Assembly (NCBI GenBank): GCA_900540305.1
Contig: UQFL01000001.1
Coordinates: 45,144-109,143, forward strand
Direction: 5' to 3'
Length of the DNA: 64,000 nucleotides
From: an uncultured Oscillospiraceae bacterium
GTDB taxonomy: Bacteria > Bacillota > Clostridia > Oscillospirales > Acutalibacteraceae
The notes under the pieces: model-generated
Told to the model about the DNA's origin: nothing
Seen by the model: the letters and a program-made list of their open reading frames with translations, nothing else
The model's database searches: none
Position numbers and translations under genes: made by a program
Part shown: positions 38,868-48,292 of the stretch, one piece after another
How the letters are laid out: every line of letters starts with the position of its first letter
Numbering within the stretch: position 1 is the first letter of the stretch

Positions 38868-38938
38868 TTTTTGTGAAAATAGTAAAAAATTTTCACTAAT
38901 CTATTGGTTGATTTGACAAACTTCGGCGCATTTGCTAT

Positions 38939-38967
38939 TGAAACATTGTGCTATTAGTGATATAATG
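38939..38967 (+). promoter_or_regulatory. Consensus sigma-A promoter upstream of the PHP-domain gene
   Basis: TTGAAA at 38939-38944, a 17 nt spacer, then TATAAT at 38962-38967. A ~70 nt leader containing a C4...G5 hairpin follows. Confidence 0.6.
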
Positions 38968-39038
38968 GTTATATTAAGTCACTTTGCCCCTTTTTTCGTT
39001 GCCGGGGGTAGTTAAGTATTAGTAAAAGGAGAGATGTT

Positions 39039-39929
39039 ATGGCTGCGGATTTACATTGCCACACTAAATTGAGTGACGGCTCTGTCGGAATAGAAGACCT
39101 TATAGTTATTGCAAAGAAAAGCGGAATTGATACTATCGCCATAACAGATCACGATTGTATTGCGGGCACAGTCAGAGGTCAGGTTATAGGAAAGCGTTAC
39201 GGCGTAACGGTTATTTCAGGCGTTGAGATTTCAGCGTTTGACTTTGAGGCGGGTAAAAAGGTTCATATCCTTTCATATCTTGCCGATTCACCTAACAGAC
39301 TTGAGGCTGTTTGCAGGCGCACTTCGGTTGCCCGTAAGCGTGCAGGTCAGATTATGATGCTTAAGGTAGCAAGCCGTTTTCCAATTACTTCCGATTTCAT
39401 AATCAGCCACGCATCAGGTTCAACAAATCTTTTTAAACAGCATATTATGCACGCTCTTATGGACGCAGGCTATACTGATAAAATTTTCGGCGAGCTTTTT
39501 GATGCTCTTTTCAATGAAAACAGCGAAACAAATGTGCTTGCCCCCACAAAGTACCCCAGCGTTGAAGAGGTTATTGAGGAAATTCACGGCGCAGGCGGAA
39601 TAGCAGTTCTTGCCCATCCTACCAAATTCGACAATTTTGATGAAATAGATAAATATATCGGCATGGGTCTTGACGGTATCGAGGTTTGGCATCCCATGGC
39701 TGACGAGGAAACTGTTGAAAAGCTTTCCGCAATCTGCAAGAAGAATAAGCTTCTTCTCACAGGCGGTTCTGATTTCCACGGAATTTACGGAGATAAAACC
39801 GTAACTCTCGGTGCGTGCTCTACTCCACAGGAGCATTTAGACAAGCTTCTCGGCTACAAGGCAAAAAAGAAAAGAGCACAACGCAAGCTTGAAAAAGCCG
39901 CCGCTGCCGCTGCTGAATCAAATGAATAA
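39039..39929 (+). CDS. PHP-domain (polymerase/histidinol-phosphatase-like) metal-dependent phosphoesterase
   Basis: The N-terminus DLHCHTKLSDGS... and further His/Asp motifs (ITDHD, HP..., GGSDFHG) of the PHP superfamily are present. Confidence 0.75.
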   Translation: MAADLHCHTKLSDGSVGIEDLIVIAKKSGIDTIAITDHDCIAGTVRGQVIGKRYGVTVISGVEISAFDFEAGKKVHILSYLADSPNRLEAVCRRTSVARKRAGQIMMLKVASRFPITSDFIISHASGSTNLFKQHIMHALMDAGYTDKIFGELFDALFNENSETNVLAPTKYPSVEEVIEEIHGAGGIAVLAHPTKFDNFDEIDKYIGMGLDGIEVWHPMADEETVEKLSAICKKNKLLLTGGSDFHGIYGDKTVTLGACSTPQEHLDKLLGYKAKKKRAQRKLEKAAAAAAESNE

Positions 39930-39935
39930 TATTAT

Positions 39936-39966
39936 AAACGCTTCCGTTAAGGAAGCGTTTTTTTGT
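39936..39966 (+). terminator. Rho-independent terminator after the PHP gene
   Basis: Stem aaacgcttcc / ggaagcgttt with loop gttaa is followed by TTTTTTTG. Confidence 0.85.
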
Positions 39967-39968
39967 TA

Positions 39969-39996
39969 TTGACACTTAGAGGTATATAAGTATAAT
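39969..39996 (+). promoter_or_regulatory. Sigma-A-type promoter for the GH27/GH29 gene pair
   Basis: TTGACA at 39969-39974, a 16 nt spacer, then TATAAT at 39991-39996. Confidence 0.55.
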
Positions 39997-40033
39997 TTTA
40001 TTATAACGATTATTTAAAATAAGAGGTATTATT

Positions 40034-41338
40034 ATGTATAAAAAACCTGCGAAAACCCCGCCGCTTGGGTGGAACAGCTGGGACTGTTTCGGCGCTGCGG
40101 TAAATGAAAAACAGCTTCGTGAAAATGCCGATTATATGGCTAAGTATTTAAAGCCGTACGGCTGGGAATATATCGTGTGCGATATTCAGTGGTATGAGCC
40201 GAATGCGCACAGCAACGATTATAATAATTTCACCGAGCTCAATATGGATGAATACGGCAGACTTATGCCTGCTGAAAACCGTTTTCCGAGCGCTAAAGGC
40301 GGAAAAGGCTTTAAAGAAATTGCAGATTACTGCCACTCCCTCGGTCTTAAGTTCGGCATACATATTATGAGAGGCGTGCCGAGAGCGGCTGTTCATAAAA
40401 ATCTGCCGATTAAAAACAGCTATTCATCTTGCAGAGATATTGCCCACCATTTTTCCGTTTGCTCTTGGAATACGGATATGTACGGGTGCAGAAATACTTC
40501 TGCGGCACAGGAGTATTATAATTCTATTATTGAGCTTTACGCTTCATGGGGCGTTGATTTTATCAAGTGCGATGATATTTGCGTAACAGAATTCAGACAG
40601 TGGGATACACCGTATTCTGCTGATTATGAGGTGGAAATGCTCAGAAACGCCATTGATAACTGCGGCAGAGAAATTGTGCTTTCTCTTTCTCCCGGCCCTG
40701 CGCATATTGAAAACGCTCAGCACCTTAAACAGCACGCAGATATGTGGCGAATGACGGGCGATTTCTGGGATGATTGGGGCAAGCTTCACGATATGTTTTC
40801 GAAATGCAGACTGTGGCAGAACGAAGTCGGAAACGGCTCTTGGCCGGACTGCGATATGCTGCCGCTAGGCAGACTTTCAAAAAATGCGCCGTGCCACGGT
40901 GATAAAAACAGGTATACTCAGTTTACCAAAGCAGAGCAGATTACAATGATGACGCTTTGGGGGATTTTCAGAAGTCCGCTTATGTTCGGCGGAAATATGC
41001 CCGAAAACGATGAATGGACGCTTTCTCTTTTGACAAACAGGGAATATATGAAAATGCATTCCTCATCATTCGGTGCCAGAGAAATCATTTGCGATGAGAA
41101 AAACGGCAAAGGAACTATTGTGTGGCAGAGCAACGGCAAAAAGTGCAAATACCTCGCAATTTTCAACACCAAAGATAAGGACGCTGATGTTTTTTTTGAT
41201 ATCACAAGAATTCTTATGCCGGATGAAAAATACAGTCTTCTTGACATTTGGAGCGGTGAAAAGACCGAAAATGTAAAAAACAAATTCAAGGTTAATATAC
41301 CTGCTCACGGGGCAAAACTTTATAAAATCACACAATAA
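40034..41338 (+). CDS. Alpha-galactosidase (or alpha-N-acetylgalactosaminidase), glycoside hydrolase family 27; no signal peptide
   Basis: The GH27 hallmark PPLGWNSWD is near the N-terminus, with a catalytic region ...DFIKCDD... . Length is 434 aa. Confidence 0.8.
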   Translation: MYKKPAKTPPLGWNSWDCFGAAVNEKQLRENADYMAKYLKPYGWEYIVCDIQWYEPNAHSNDYNNFTELNMDEYGRLMPAENRFPSAKGGKGFKEIADYCHSLGLKFGIHIMRGVPRAAVHKNLPIKNSYSSCRDIAHHFSVCSWNTDMYGCRNTSAAQEYYNSIIELYASWGVDFIKCDDICVTEFRQWDTPYSADYEVEMLRNAIDNCGREIVLSLSPGPAHIENAQHLKQHADMWRMTGDFWDDWGKLHDMFSKCRLWQNEVGNGSWPDCDMLPLGRLSKNAPCHGDKNRYTQFTKAEQITMMTLWGIFRSPLMFGGNMPENDEWTLSLLTNREYMKMHSSSFGAREIICDEKNGKGTIVWQSNGKKCKYLAIFNTKDKDADVFFDITRILMPDEKYSLLDIWSGEKTENVKNKFKVNIPAHGAKLYKITQ

Positions 41339-41367
41339 TAAAAACACTTTATCAGGCGGAAAAATTT

Positions 41368-42843
41368 ATGACAAAGCAGGAATATCTTGATTTAATAGAC
41401 AGCGTAAACGAAAACGGAAAATATAAAGCAAACTGGGCGTCGCTTTCAAACCACAAAGTGCCCGAATGGTATATGTACGGCAAGGTGGGTGTGTTTATAC
41501 ACTGGGGCATTTACAGTGTGCCGGCATATGGAAACGAATGGTATTCAAGAAATATGTATGATAAAAACTGCCGTGAATACTGCCACCATATAAAAACATA
41601 CGGCAACCATAAAGATTTCGGCTACAAGGATTTTATTCCTATGTTCAAAGGCGAAAAATTCAGCGCTGCCGAATGGGTAAAACTCTTTAAAGACGCAGGG
41701 ATAAAATATGTAATGCCTGTTGCTGAGCATCATGACGGCTTTGCGATGTATGATACTCAGTTTAACCGCTGGAATGCAACAAAAATGGGCCCCTGCCGTG
41801 ATGTTACGGGCGAGATTAAAGCTCAGTGTGAGGAACAGGGACTGACTTTCTGCGCCTCCACACACAGAGCAGAGCACTATTTCTTTATGAATATGGGCAG
41901 AACTTTTGACAGCGATGTTAACAATGAGGAGTATGCCGATTTTTACGGCCCTGCAGTATACCGCAAGGAGTTCAGCTCATCATTGCTCCATCAGTATTCA
42001 GCCGATACTTATTCTGTCGGAGCAAGCAAAGAATGGCTTGAGGACTGGCTTGTGCGCACCTGTGAGCTGATAGACAAATATCAGCCTGCCGTTTTATATT
42101 TTGACTGGTGGATACATAACCATTCGTTTAAGCCGTATTTGAAAAAGCTAGCGGCGTATTACTATAACAGAGCTGATGAATGGGGAAAAGAGGTCACAAT
42201 AAATTATAAGCACGAGGCGTTTCCCCCCACTGTTGCAACATTTGATGTTGAGCGCGGTGCATTGAGCGGTATATCGCCTGTTTATTGGCAGACGGATACG
42301 GCTATCGGCAAATGGTCTTGGGGCTATACTGCCGATAATGAGTTTAAAAGCGCAAGGCAGATAATTTGCGACCTTGTTGACATAGTCAGCAAAAACGGAA
42401 ATATGCTGATAAATGTCGGCCCGAAAGCGGACGGAACGATAACCGAAGAAGAAACAAATGTACTTCTTGATATGGGTAAGTGGCTTAAAATCAACGGTGA
42501 GGGCATTTACGGAACATCCTGCTGGAAAACTTACGGCGAGGGTAAAGTGAATGCCGAAGAGGGCTTTTTCAAGGATTCAAAAGAAAAGGCGTTTACGGAT
42601 AAGGATTTTAGATTTACTTATAAAAACGGCTGTATTTATGCATTTCAAATGCGCCCGTCAAAGGGTGTTAAGATTAAGTCGCTCGCCAAAAAGAGCAGTC
42701 ACGATTTTATCATCAAAAATGTGGAACTTCTTTCTAGCGAGGAAAACATTGCATATATCCGCAGCGAAAAAGGGCTTGAAATTTATCTCAAAAACGAGCC
42801 TGAAAACGATTTGCCGCAGTGCTTTAAAATTACTATCGACTGA
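41368..42843 (+). CDS. Alpha-L-fucosidase, glycoside hydrolase family 29
   Basis: GVFIHWGIYSVPAYGNEWY near the N-terminus is typical of GH29, and a C-terminal beta-sandwich domain follows. Length is 491 aa. Confidence 0.8.
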   Translation: MTKQEYLDLIDSVNENGKYKANWASLSNHKVPEWYMYGKVGVFIHWGIYSVPAYGNEWYSRNMYDKNCREYCHHIKTYGNHKDFGYKDFIPMFKGEKFSAAEWVKLFKDAGIKYVMPVAEHHDGFAMYDTQFNRWNATKMGPCRDVTGEIKAQCEEQGLTFCASTHRAEHYFFMNMGRTFDSDVNNEEYADFYGPAVYRKEFSSSLLHQYSADTYSVGASKEWLEDWLVRTCELIDKYQPAVLYFDWWIHNHSFKPYLKKLAAYYYNRADEWGKEVTINYKHEAFPPTVATFDVERGALSGISPVYWQTDTAIGKWSWGYTADNEFKSARQIICDLVDIVSKNGNMLINVGPKADGTITEEETNVLLDMGKWLKINGEGIYGTSCWKTYGEGKVNAEEGFFKDSKEKAFTDKDFRFTYKNGCIYAFQMRPSKGVKIKSLAKKSSHDFIIKNVELLSSEENIAYIRSEKGLEIYLKNEPENDLPQCFKITID

Positions 42844-42849
42844 TAAACA

Positions 42850-42886
42850 AAAAAACGACCGAATCAAAATTCGGTCGTTTTTCTTT
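42850..42886. terminator. Bidirectional rho-independent terminator
   Basis: Stem aacgaccgaat / attcggtcgtt is followed by TTTTCTTT. Confidence 0.85.
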
Positions 42887-42894
42887 AATGTTTT

Positions 42895-43470
42895 TTAAAT
42901 GTTATAAGTCATAACAGTTTGGAAAAACTGCGTGTTAAGATACTGCCTGCCGTATCCTATTTCAAATCCGTTTTTCTCAAACAGAGGAATGAATCTTTTT
43001 GAAAATGTTTCGTAAATTAAAACAAAATTTTCTTCGTCTGCTTTTTTCTTACAGATTCTAATTATTTCATTAATCTCCTCTGCCGTAACCTCAGGTCCGG
43101 CAAAGATATTTAGCAAACGCTTTTTCATTTGCAGCGGAACAACAATGTTTACAATATTCTCAACAACATCCTTGTGCACTTGGATATTAGACGAATATCT
43201 GCCGTATCTTAACCCCTTTAGTCCTGATGCTTTATTTTCCAAATTATCTGCGTCGATAAGAGTTCCCACAACATTTTTGCTGTTTATATTAATAAGTTCG
43301 CCGTTTTGCTCCCATTTTGTAAGATTACATTGAAAGTATTTTTCAATAAACTGAGAGCGATTTGACTTTTGAGGGCAGAGAAACATAAAAAGAGGGTCTT
43401 TTACAAAAATTCTTGAATAGGCCCTTGAAAAAGCTTTGATATTTTGCGTGCTTTCTTTTTTGCTTGTCAT
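42895..43470 (-). CDS. Hypothetical protein, possibly GNAT-type acetyltransferase-like
   Basis: 191 aa. The C-terminus ...FIPLFEKNGFEIGY resembles GNAT motif B/C-terminal strands. The assignment is weak. Confidence 0.3.
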   Translation of the reverse strand: MTSKKESTQNIKAFSRAYSRIFVKDPLFMFLCPQKSNRSQFIEKYFQCNLTKWEQNGELININSKNVVGTLIDADNLENKASGLKGLRYGRYSSNIQVHKDVVENIVNIVVPLQMKKRLLNIFAGPEVTAEEINEIIRICKKKADEENFVLIYETFSKRFIPLFEKNGFEIGYGRQYLNTQFFQTVMTYNI

Positions 43471-43571
43471 ATTATCCTCGCTTTAACATTTTATTTTTAC
43501 AACATATAATATTATACTATAATTATTCATATATTCAACATAATTGTGGAAAAGTTAATAAATAAACTGAA

Positions 43572-44951
43572 TTATATTATCTCGGGATGAAAATTCGGGT
43601 CTTTTTTCAGCCTTGATACAGTTATTGCAAACATTATCGGAGCAAGCACAATACAAACAATGTCGGCAACAGGCTGAGCGAAAACAATTCCGTTAAACTG
43701 GAACAAATAATTCATTATTATTGCAAGCGGAAGGAAGATTATTCCCTGTCTGCCGAATGAAAGTATAAGGCTTGGGATTGATTTTCCCATACCCTGGAAT
43801 GCAAAGTTGTATGTGAACATAATTCCGATGAACGGTCCGGAAATCATTAATCCTCTGAGGATTTTAATGCCGTATTCCGTTACTAACGGGTCCTGCTCAC
43901 CGTTAAACGCATTTATAATTTGCGTTGAGAAGCACAGATAGAGAATTGTAAGTATCGTTCCCAAAATAAATGTGCACAGCATTGTGAATTTCATTGTGGA
44001 GCGCAGTCGCTTTATGTTTCTTGCACCGAATGAATATCCTATAAGCGGCTGAACGCCTATGCCTATACCCATCTGAACAAAAGTGATAAGCATATTAACT
44101 TTCATTGCAATGCCGAGTGCTGCAACAGCTGCTTCACCGTAATCTTTCATAAAGTTGTTGAGTATTATATTTGAAAGGCTCATAAGAATGTTGTTGATAG
44201 CTGCAGGAATACCTACGGGCACAACATTTTTAAATATTCCGTCTCTAACGGAAAATCTCTTTATATTTACTGAAAGAGATGAATTGCCCTTTATGATATA
44301 AATTGCGTAATAAATAACAGAGGCGATGTTCCCTATAACCGTTGCTATTGCGGCGCCGCCTACGCCCATATCCATTGCAAGAATCATAATGGGGTCAAGA
44401 ATGATGTTTGTAACGGTTCCTATCATCATTCCTATCATAGATTCCTTTGCGGCGCCCTCGCCCCTGATAAGATTGCTGACGGTGATTGATGTAACGATAA
44501 ACGGGCCGCCAAGAGCGATGTATTTAAGATAATCGTATGAGTAGCCTGTTACAATATCATTTGTTGAGCCAAGCGCAATGATAATTGGATTGATGCAGGC
44601 AAGAATTATTGCCATGAGAACAGCGCCTGAGATTATTGATGAATAAATTGCAAAAGAGCTGATTTTTTTAACTCTGTCTTTTCTGCCTTCGCCCATTGAA
44701 CGGGAGATATATGCCGAGCCGCCTACGCCGAAAATGTTTCCGAAAGCAACGAAAAATAAAAATACGGGCATTGTAAGTGAAACGGCGGCGGTTGCGTTTG
44801 TGTTTTTCATAAGGCTTACGAAATAAGTATCCGCCATATTATAAATAACATTTACAATACTTGAAAGCACTGACGGAATAGCAAGCGCTGCAACAGCCTT
44901 AGGTATCGGGTATGATGAAAATATTTTTTCTCTTTTTTCTTTTGTAGCCAT
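43572..44951 (-). CDS. MATE-family efflux transporter
   Basis: 459 aa with 12 TM helices. MATE-like N-terminal PIPKAVAALAIPSVLSSIVNVIYNMADTYFV and an internal repeat are present. Confidence 0.8.
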   Translation of the reverse strand: MATKEKREKIFSSYPIPKAVAALAIPSVLSSIVNVIYNMADTYFVSLMKNTNATAAVSLTMPVFLFFVAFGNIFGVGGSAYISRSMGEGRKDRVKKISSFAIYSSIISGAVLMAIILACINPIIIALGSTNDIVTGYSYDYLKYIALGGPFIVTSITVSNLIRGEGAAKESMIGMMIGTVTNIILDPIMILAMDMGVGGAAIATVIGNIASVIYYAIYIIKGNSSLSVNIKRFSVRDGIFKNVVPVGIPAAINNILMSLSNIILNNFMKDYGEAAVAALGIAMKVNMLITFVQMGIGIGVQPLIGYSFGARNIKRLRSTMKFTMLCTFILGTILTILYLCFSTQIINAFNGEQDPLVTEYGIKILRGLMISGPFIGIMFTYNFAFQGMGKSIPSLILSFGRQGIIFLPLAIIMNYLFQFNGIVFAQPVADIVCIVLAPIMFAITVSRLKKDPNFHPEII

Positions 44952-45014
44952 TCTAATTCCTTTCTTTTATTTTTATATTTAAGTTTGATAAGTGTAATTA
45001 ATTTTTATCCATAA

Positions 45015-45863
45015 TTAAAGTAGTTGTGAAAGTCTGCCAAAGTCCTCCATAGTAAAGGTTTCGGCTCTGTCTTTTTCGCCTTTCCCGATTTCTGCAAGCG
45101 CGTCCAGCACTTCTGCCTTTGTTACAGTCAGCGCGGCAGAAAGGCAGTTAACTGCTGTTTTTCTTCTTTGTGAAAACGCCGCTTTTACGATTTTAAAGAA
45201 ATGCTCTTCGTTTTGTACTGAAACGGCGGGCGTTTTTCTTATGCTGAATTTGATAACTGCACTGTCAACTTTAGGAGAGGGCATAAAACTTTCTTTGCCC
45301 ACATCAAATAATTTTTCTGTTTCTGCGTAATAATTCGCCGCCACAGTAAGCGCACCGCAGTTTCTTGAGCCGACTGCGCTTGTAAGCCTGTCCGCCGCTT
45401 CTTTCTGCACCATAACAACTATTGTGTCTATTGAAAGTCTGCTTTCAAGCAGTTTCATAATTATGGGAGAAGTGATATAGTAGGGCAGATTAGCGCAAAT
45501 TTTAACGCTTTTCATACCGCTGAATTTATCTTTGATAAGGGCGTTGAGGTCAAGCTTTAATGCGTCACCCTCAACTATTTCAAGGTTGTCACAGCCGCAA
45601 AGCGTTTCATCCAAAACAGGAAACAGTCTTTTGTCAAGCTCAATTGTGACTACCTTACCCGCAACGGCACAAAGCTCTTTTGTCAGAACGCCTATTCCGG
45701 GCCCGATTTCGAGTACGCCCGTTTGCGAATCTGCACCCAAACTGTTTGCCATAGCAGGGCAAACCTCGGGATTTATTAAAAAATTTTGCCCCAAAGCTTT
45801 TGAAAAAGTAAAGCCGTGTTTAGTGAGTATTTTATTTATAGTATTATAATCATATAAATTCAT
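45015..45863 (-). CDS. rsmA: 16S rRNA (adenine1518/1519-N6)-dimethyltransferase
   Basis: The LGQNFL motif, SAM-binding LEIGPGIGVLT and the NLPY motif are present. Confidence 0.9.
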   Translation of the reverse strand: MNLYDYNTINKILTKHGFTFSKALGQNFLINPEVCPAMANSLGADSQTGVLEIGPGIGVLTKELCAVAGKVVTIELDKRLFPVLDETLCGCDNLEIVEGDALKLDLNALIKDKFSGMKSVKICANLPYYITSPIIMKLLESRLSIDTIVVMVQKEAADRLTSAVGSRNCGALTVAANYYAETEKLFDVGKESFMPSPKVDSAVIKFSIRKTPAVSVQNEEHFFKIVKAAFSQRRKTAVNCLSAALTVTKAEVLDALAEIGKGEKDRAETFTMEDFGRLSQLL

Positions 45864-45927
45864 ATATTAATTACCTCAATTCAATGGGCTATTCTAACAC
45901 ATTAAAAAATAATTTACAATATTGTTG

Positions 45928-45955
45928 TTGACTTTTTGGCAACTTGTGCTAAAAT
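45928..45955 (+). promoter_or_regulatory. Sigma-A-type promoter for the marR / ABC exporter operon
   Basis: TTGACT at 45928-45933, a 16 nt spacer, then TAAAAT at 45950-45955. Confidence 0.5.
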
Positions 45956-45959
45956 ATCA

Positions 45960-45986
45960 TTTAGTCGGCTAACTTTAGTCGGCTAA
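45960..45986 (+). promoter_or_regulatory. Tandem 13-bp near-palindromic repeat (TTTAGTCGGCTAA, two copies); candidate MarR operator overlapping the transcription start region
   Basis: Exact copies lie at 45960-45972 and 45974-45986. Each unit is an imperfect inverted repeat (TTAG-CGGC-CTAA pattern) and sits immediately downstream of the predicted -10. Confidence 0.5.
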
Positions 45987-46083
45987 ATTAACGATATTAA
46001 AGTTAAAAATATTGTTGTATAATAATATAGAAACGCATAAACAGTGTGTTTCTTTTATACAACTAAGCTAAGGAAGTTTTATT

Positions 46084-46548
46084 ATGTGTGACAAAATGCC
46101 TATGGCAGTTCCGCCCGACGGACTTATAGGTCCAAGGGTTAATTTTCTGTCTAAGCGAATCAGAAAGGCCTTTAACAAGGCGGCTTCTGAAGAGGGGCTG
46201 TTCTCCGGCCAGCAGGATTTATTGTTGTTCCTTGTTATGAATGAGGGCGCAACATTAAGCGAGCTTACCGCAGAACTCAATGTTTCTGCGGCAACTGTTT
46301 CCGTGTCCGTTAAAAGAATGGAAAAAGCAGGTTTTCTTATTAAGAAAACTGATGAAACAGACGGTAGAATAACAAGAATTTACCCCACTGAAAAAGCTAA
46401 AAAAACTCCCGAAAACATACGCAAAAAAATGGATGTTCTTGAGGAGAAGCTTAAAAAGGGAATGAGCGAAGAAGAAGTTCAAACCCTTTGCGACTTGCTT
46501 GGAAAAGCAATAATGAATATGCTTGAGGAGGAAAATGCAAATGGTTAA
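46084..46548 (+). CDS. MarR-family transcriptional regulator
   Basis: The winged-HTH core ...LSELTAELNVSAATVSVSVKRMEKAGFLIKKTDETDGRITRIYPTEKA... is present. Length is 154 aa. Confidence 0.85.
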   Translation: MCDKMPMAVPPDGLIGPRVNFLSKRIRKAFNKAASEEGLFSGQQDLLLFLVMNEGATLSELTAELNVSAATVSVSVKRMEKAGFLIKKTDETDGRITRIYPTEKAKKTPENIRKKMDVLEEKLKKGMSEEEVQTLCDLLGKAIMNMLEEENANG

Positions 46549-48292
46549 AAAACTTGCAAGTTACATGAAAGGGCTGTGGCATCTGGCAATCATCAGCGCC
46601 CTCGGAATGATTATCGAGGCAGTTTGCGAGTTGTCATTGCCTTCAATAGCCAACTATATTTATAATATAGTAAGTACGGCGTCCTCTCCCGAAGCGGTAA
46701 AGGGAGATGTAATCAAACTCGGTATTACTATGCTCGCACTTGCTATAATCGGTTTGATAGGCGGCGTTACAACTATGAAAACTTCAGCCGTATGCAGCCA
46801 GAACTTTGCGTACAGACTGAGAAATGATGTTTATAAAAAAATAAGCACATTTTCATTTAAAAACATAGATGAGTTTTCAACAGCGTCACTTACAACAAGA
46901 CTTACAAACGATATTACAATGCTTCAGAATGTTGTAATGATGAGCCTTAGAATTTTGGTAAGAGGTCCCGCTCTTCTTATTGTTGCGGCAATTCTCGCGG
47001 TTTCTATCAATGCAAAAATGAGCATGGTTTTGCTTGTTGTTCTTCCTGTTCTTATTGTAATAGTTGTTTTCATTCTTAAATTCGGTTTTCCGATGTTCCA
47101 GAAAATGCAGAAGAAAATAGATAATGTAAACAGAGTAGTTCAGGAAAACCTTATCGGTATAAGAGTTGTAAAGGCATTTGTTCGTGAAGAGCACGAAAAA
47201 ACTAAGTTCAAAGAAGCGTCTGATGATCTTGCAAAACAGGGTAGTAAAGCGTCAGGACTTGTTGTAACAATTATGCCCATTATGATGCTTATACTCAATG
47301 CCGTTGTTGTTTTTGTTTACTATAAAGGCGGTATTGACGCAAGCAACGGTGTTATGGATGTAGGTCAGATTTCCGTATTTGCTTCTTATATTCTTCAGGT
47401 TCTTATGAACCTTATGATGATTTCAATAATGCTTCTTCAGCTTGCCAGAGGTAAGGCTTGCGGAGACCGTGTTGTTGAAGTTCTCAATACAGAAGTTGAT
47501 ATTAAAAATCCCGAAAACGCATATGTTCCAGATATGAAAACAGCAAAGGGTAAGGTCGAATTTAAGAATGTTAACTTTAAATACAACACTTCCGATGCTG
47601 GTGACAATATCATTCAAAATATTAACTTCACTGCTGAACCCGGCCAGGTTATCGGCGTTGTCGGCGGAACGGGCTGCGGAAAATCAAGTCTTGTAAATCT
47701 TATCCCAAGACTTTATGACGCAACAGAGGGCGAGGTTTTAATTGACGGAATAAATGTAAAGAATTATGACCTTGTGGCACTCAGAAATATGATAGGCGTT
47801 GTACTTCAGAAAAATGTTCTTTTCAGCGGTACGATAAAAGAAAATATCCGCTGGGGTAAAAAGGACGCTACTGATGAGGAAATTGAGCAGGCGTGCAAAT
47901 CCGCACAGGCTCACGATTTCGTACTTGCTCAGCCTAAGGGATATGACACCTATCTTGCTCAGGGAGGTCTTAATCTTTCGGGCGGTCAGAAACAGAGACT
48001 TTGTATTGCAAGGGCAATTATAAAACAGCCCAAAATTCTTATTCTTGACGACTCAACCTCAGCTGTAGATACTGCAACAGAGGCTAAGATCAGAGACAGT
48101 TTCTATAACGAACTTAAAGATACAACGGTATTCATTATTGCACAGCGTGTTTCCTCTGTTAAGGATGCGGATAAAATACTTGTTATTGATGACGGCGAAA
48201 TCAAGGGCATGGGAACACACGATGAATTACTTGCCAATAATGAAATTTATCAGGAAATTTATGCAACACAGCAGAAAGGAGTGAGCGAATAA
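46541..48292 (+). CDS. ABC transporter permease/ATP-binding protein (type I exporter half-transporter, subunit A)
   Basis: A 6-TM domain is followed by an NBD with Walker A GGTGCGKSS, signature LSGGQKQR and Walker B ILILDD. The start is set at the ATG at 46541, 9 nt after the GAGGAGG RBS. Confidence 0.85.
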   Translation: MVKKLASYMKGLWHLAIISALGMIIEAVCELSLPSIANYIYNIVSTASSPEAVKGDVIKLGITMLALAIIGLIGGVTTMKTSAVCSQNFAYRLRNDVYKKISTFSFKNIDEFSTASLTTRLTNDITMLQNVVMMSLRILVRGPALLIVAAILAVSINAKMSMVLLVVLPVLIVIVVFILKFGFPMFQKMQKKIDNVNRVVQENLIGIRVVKAFVREEHEKTKFKEASDDLAKQGSKASGLVVTIMPIMMLILNAVVVFVYYKGGIDASNGVMDVGQISVFASYILQVLMNLMMISIMLLQLARGKACGDRVVEVLNTEVDIKNPENAYVPDMKTAKGKVEFKNVNFKYNTSDAGDNIIQNINFTAEPGQVIGVVGGTGCGKSSLVNLIPRLYDATEGEVLIDGINVKNYDLVALRNMIGVVLQKNVLFSGTIKENIRWGKKDATDEEIEQACKSAQAHDFVLAQPKGYDTYLAQGGLNLSGGQKQRLCIARAIIKQPKILILDDSTSAVDTATEAKIRDSFYNELKDTTVFIIAQRVSSVKDADKILVIDDGEIKGMGTHDELLANNEIYQEIYATQQKGVSE

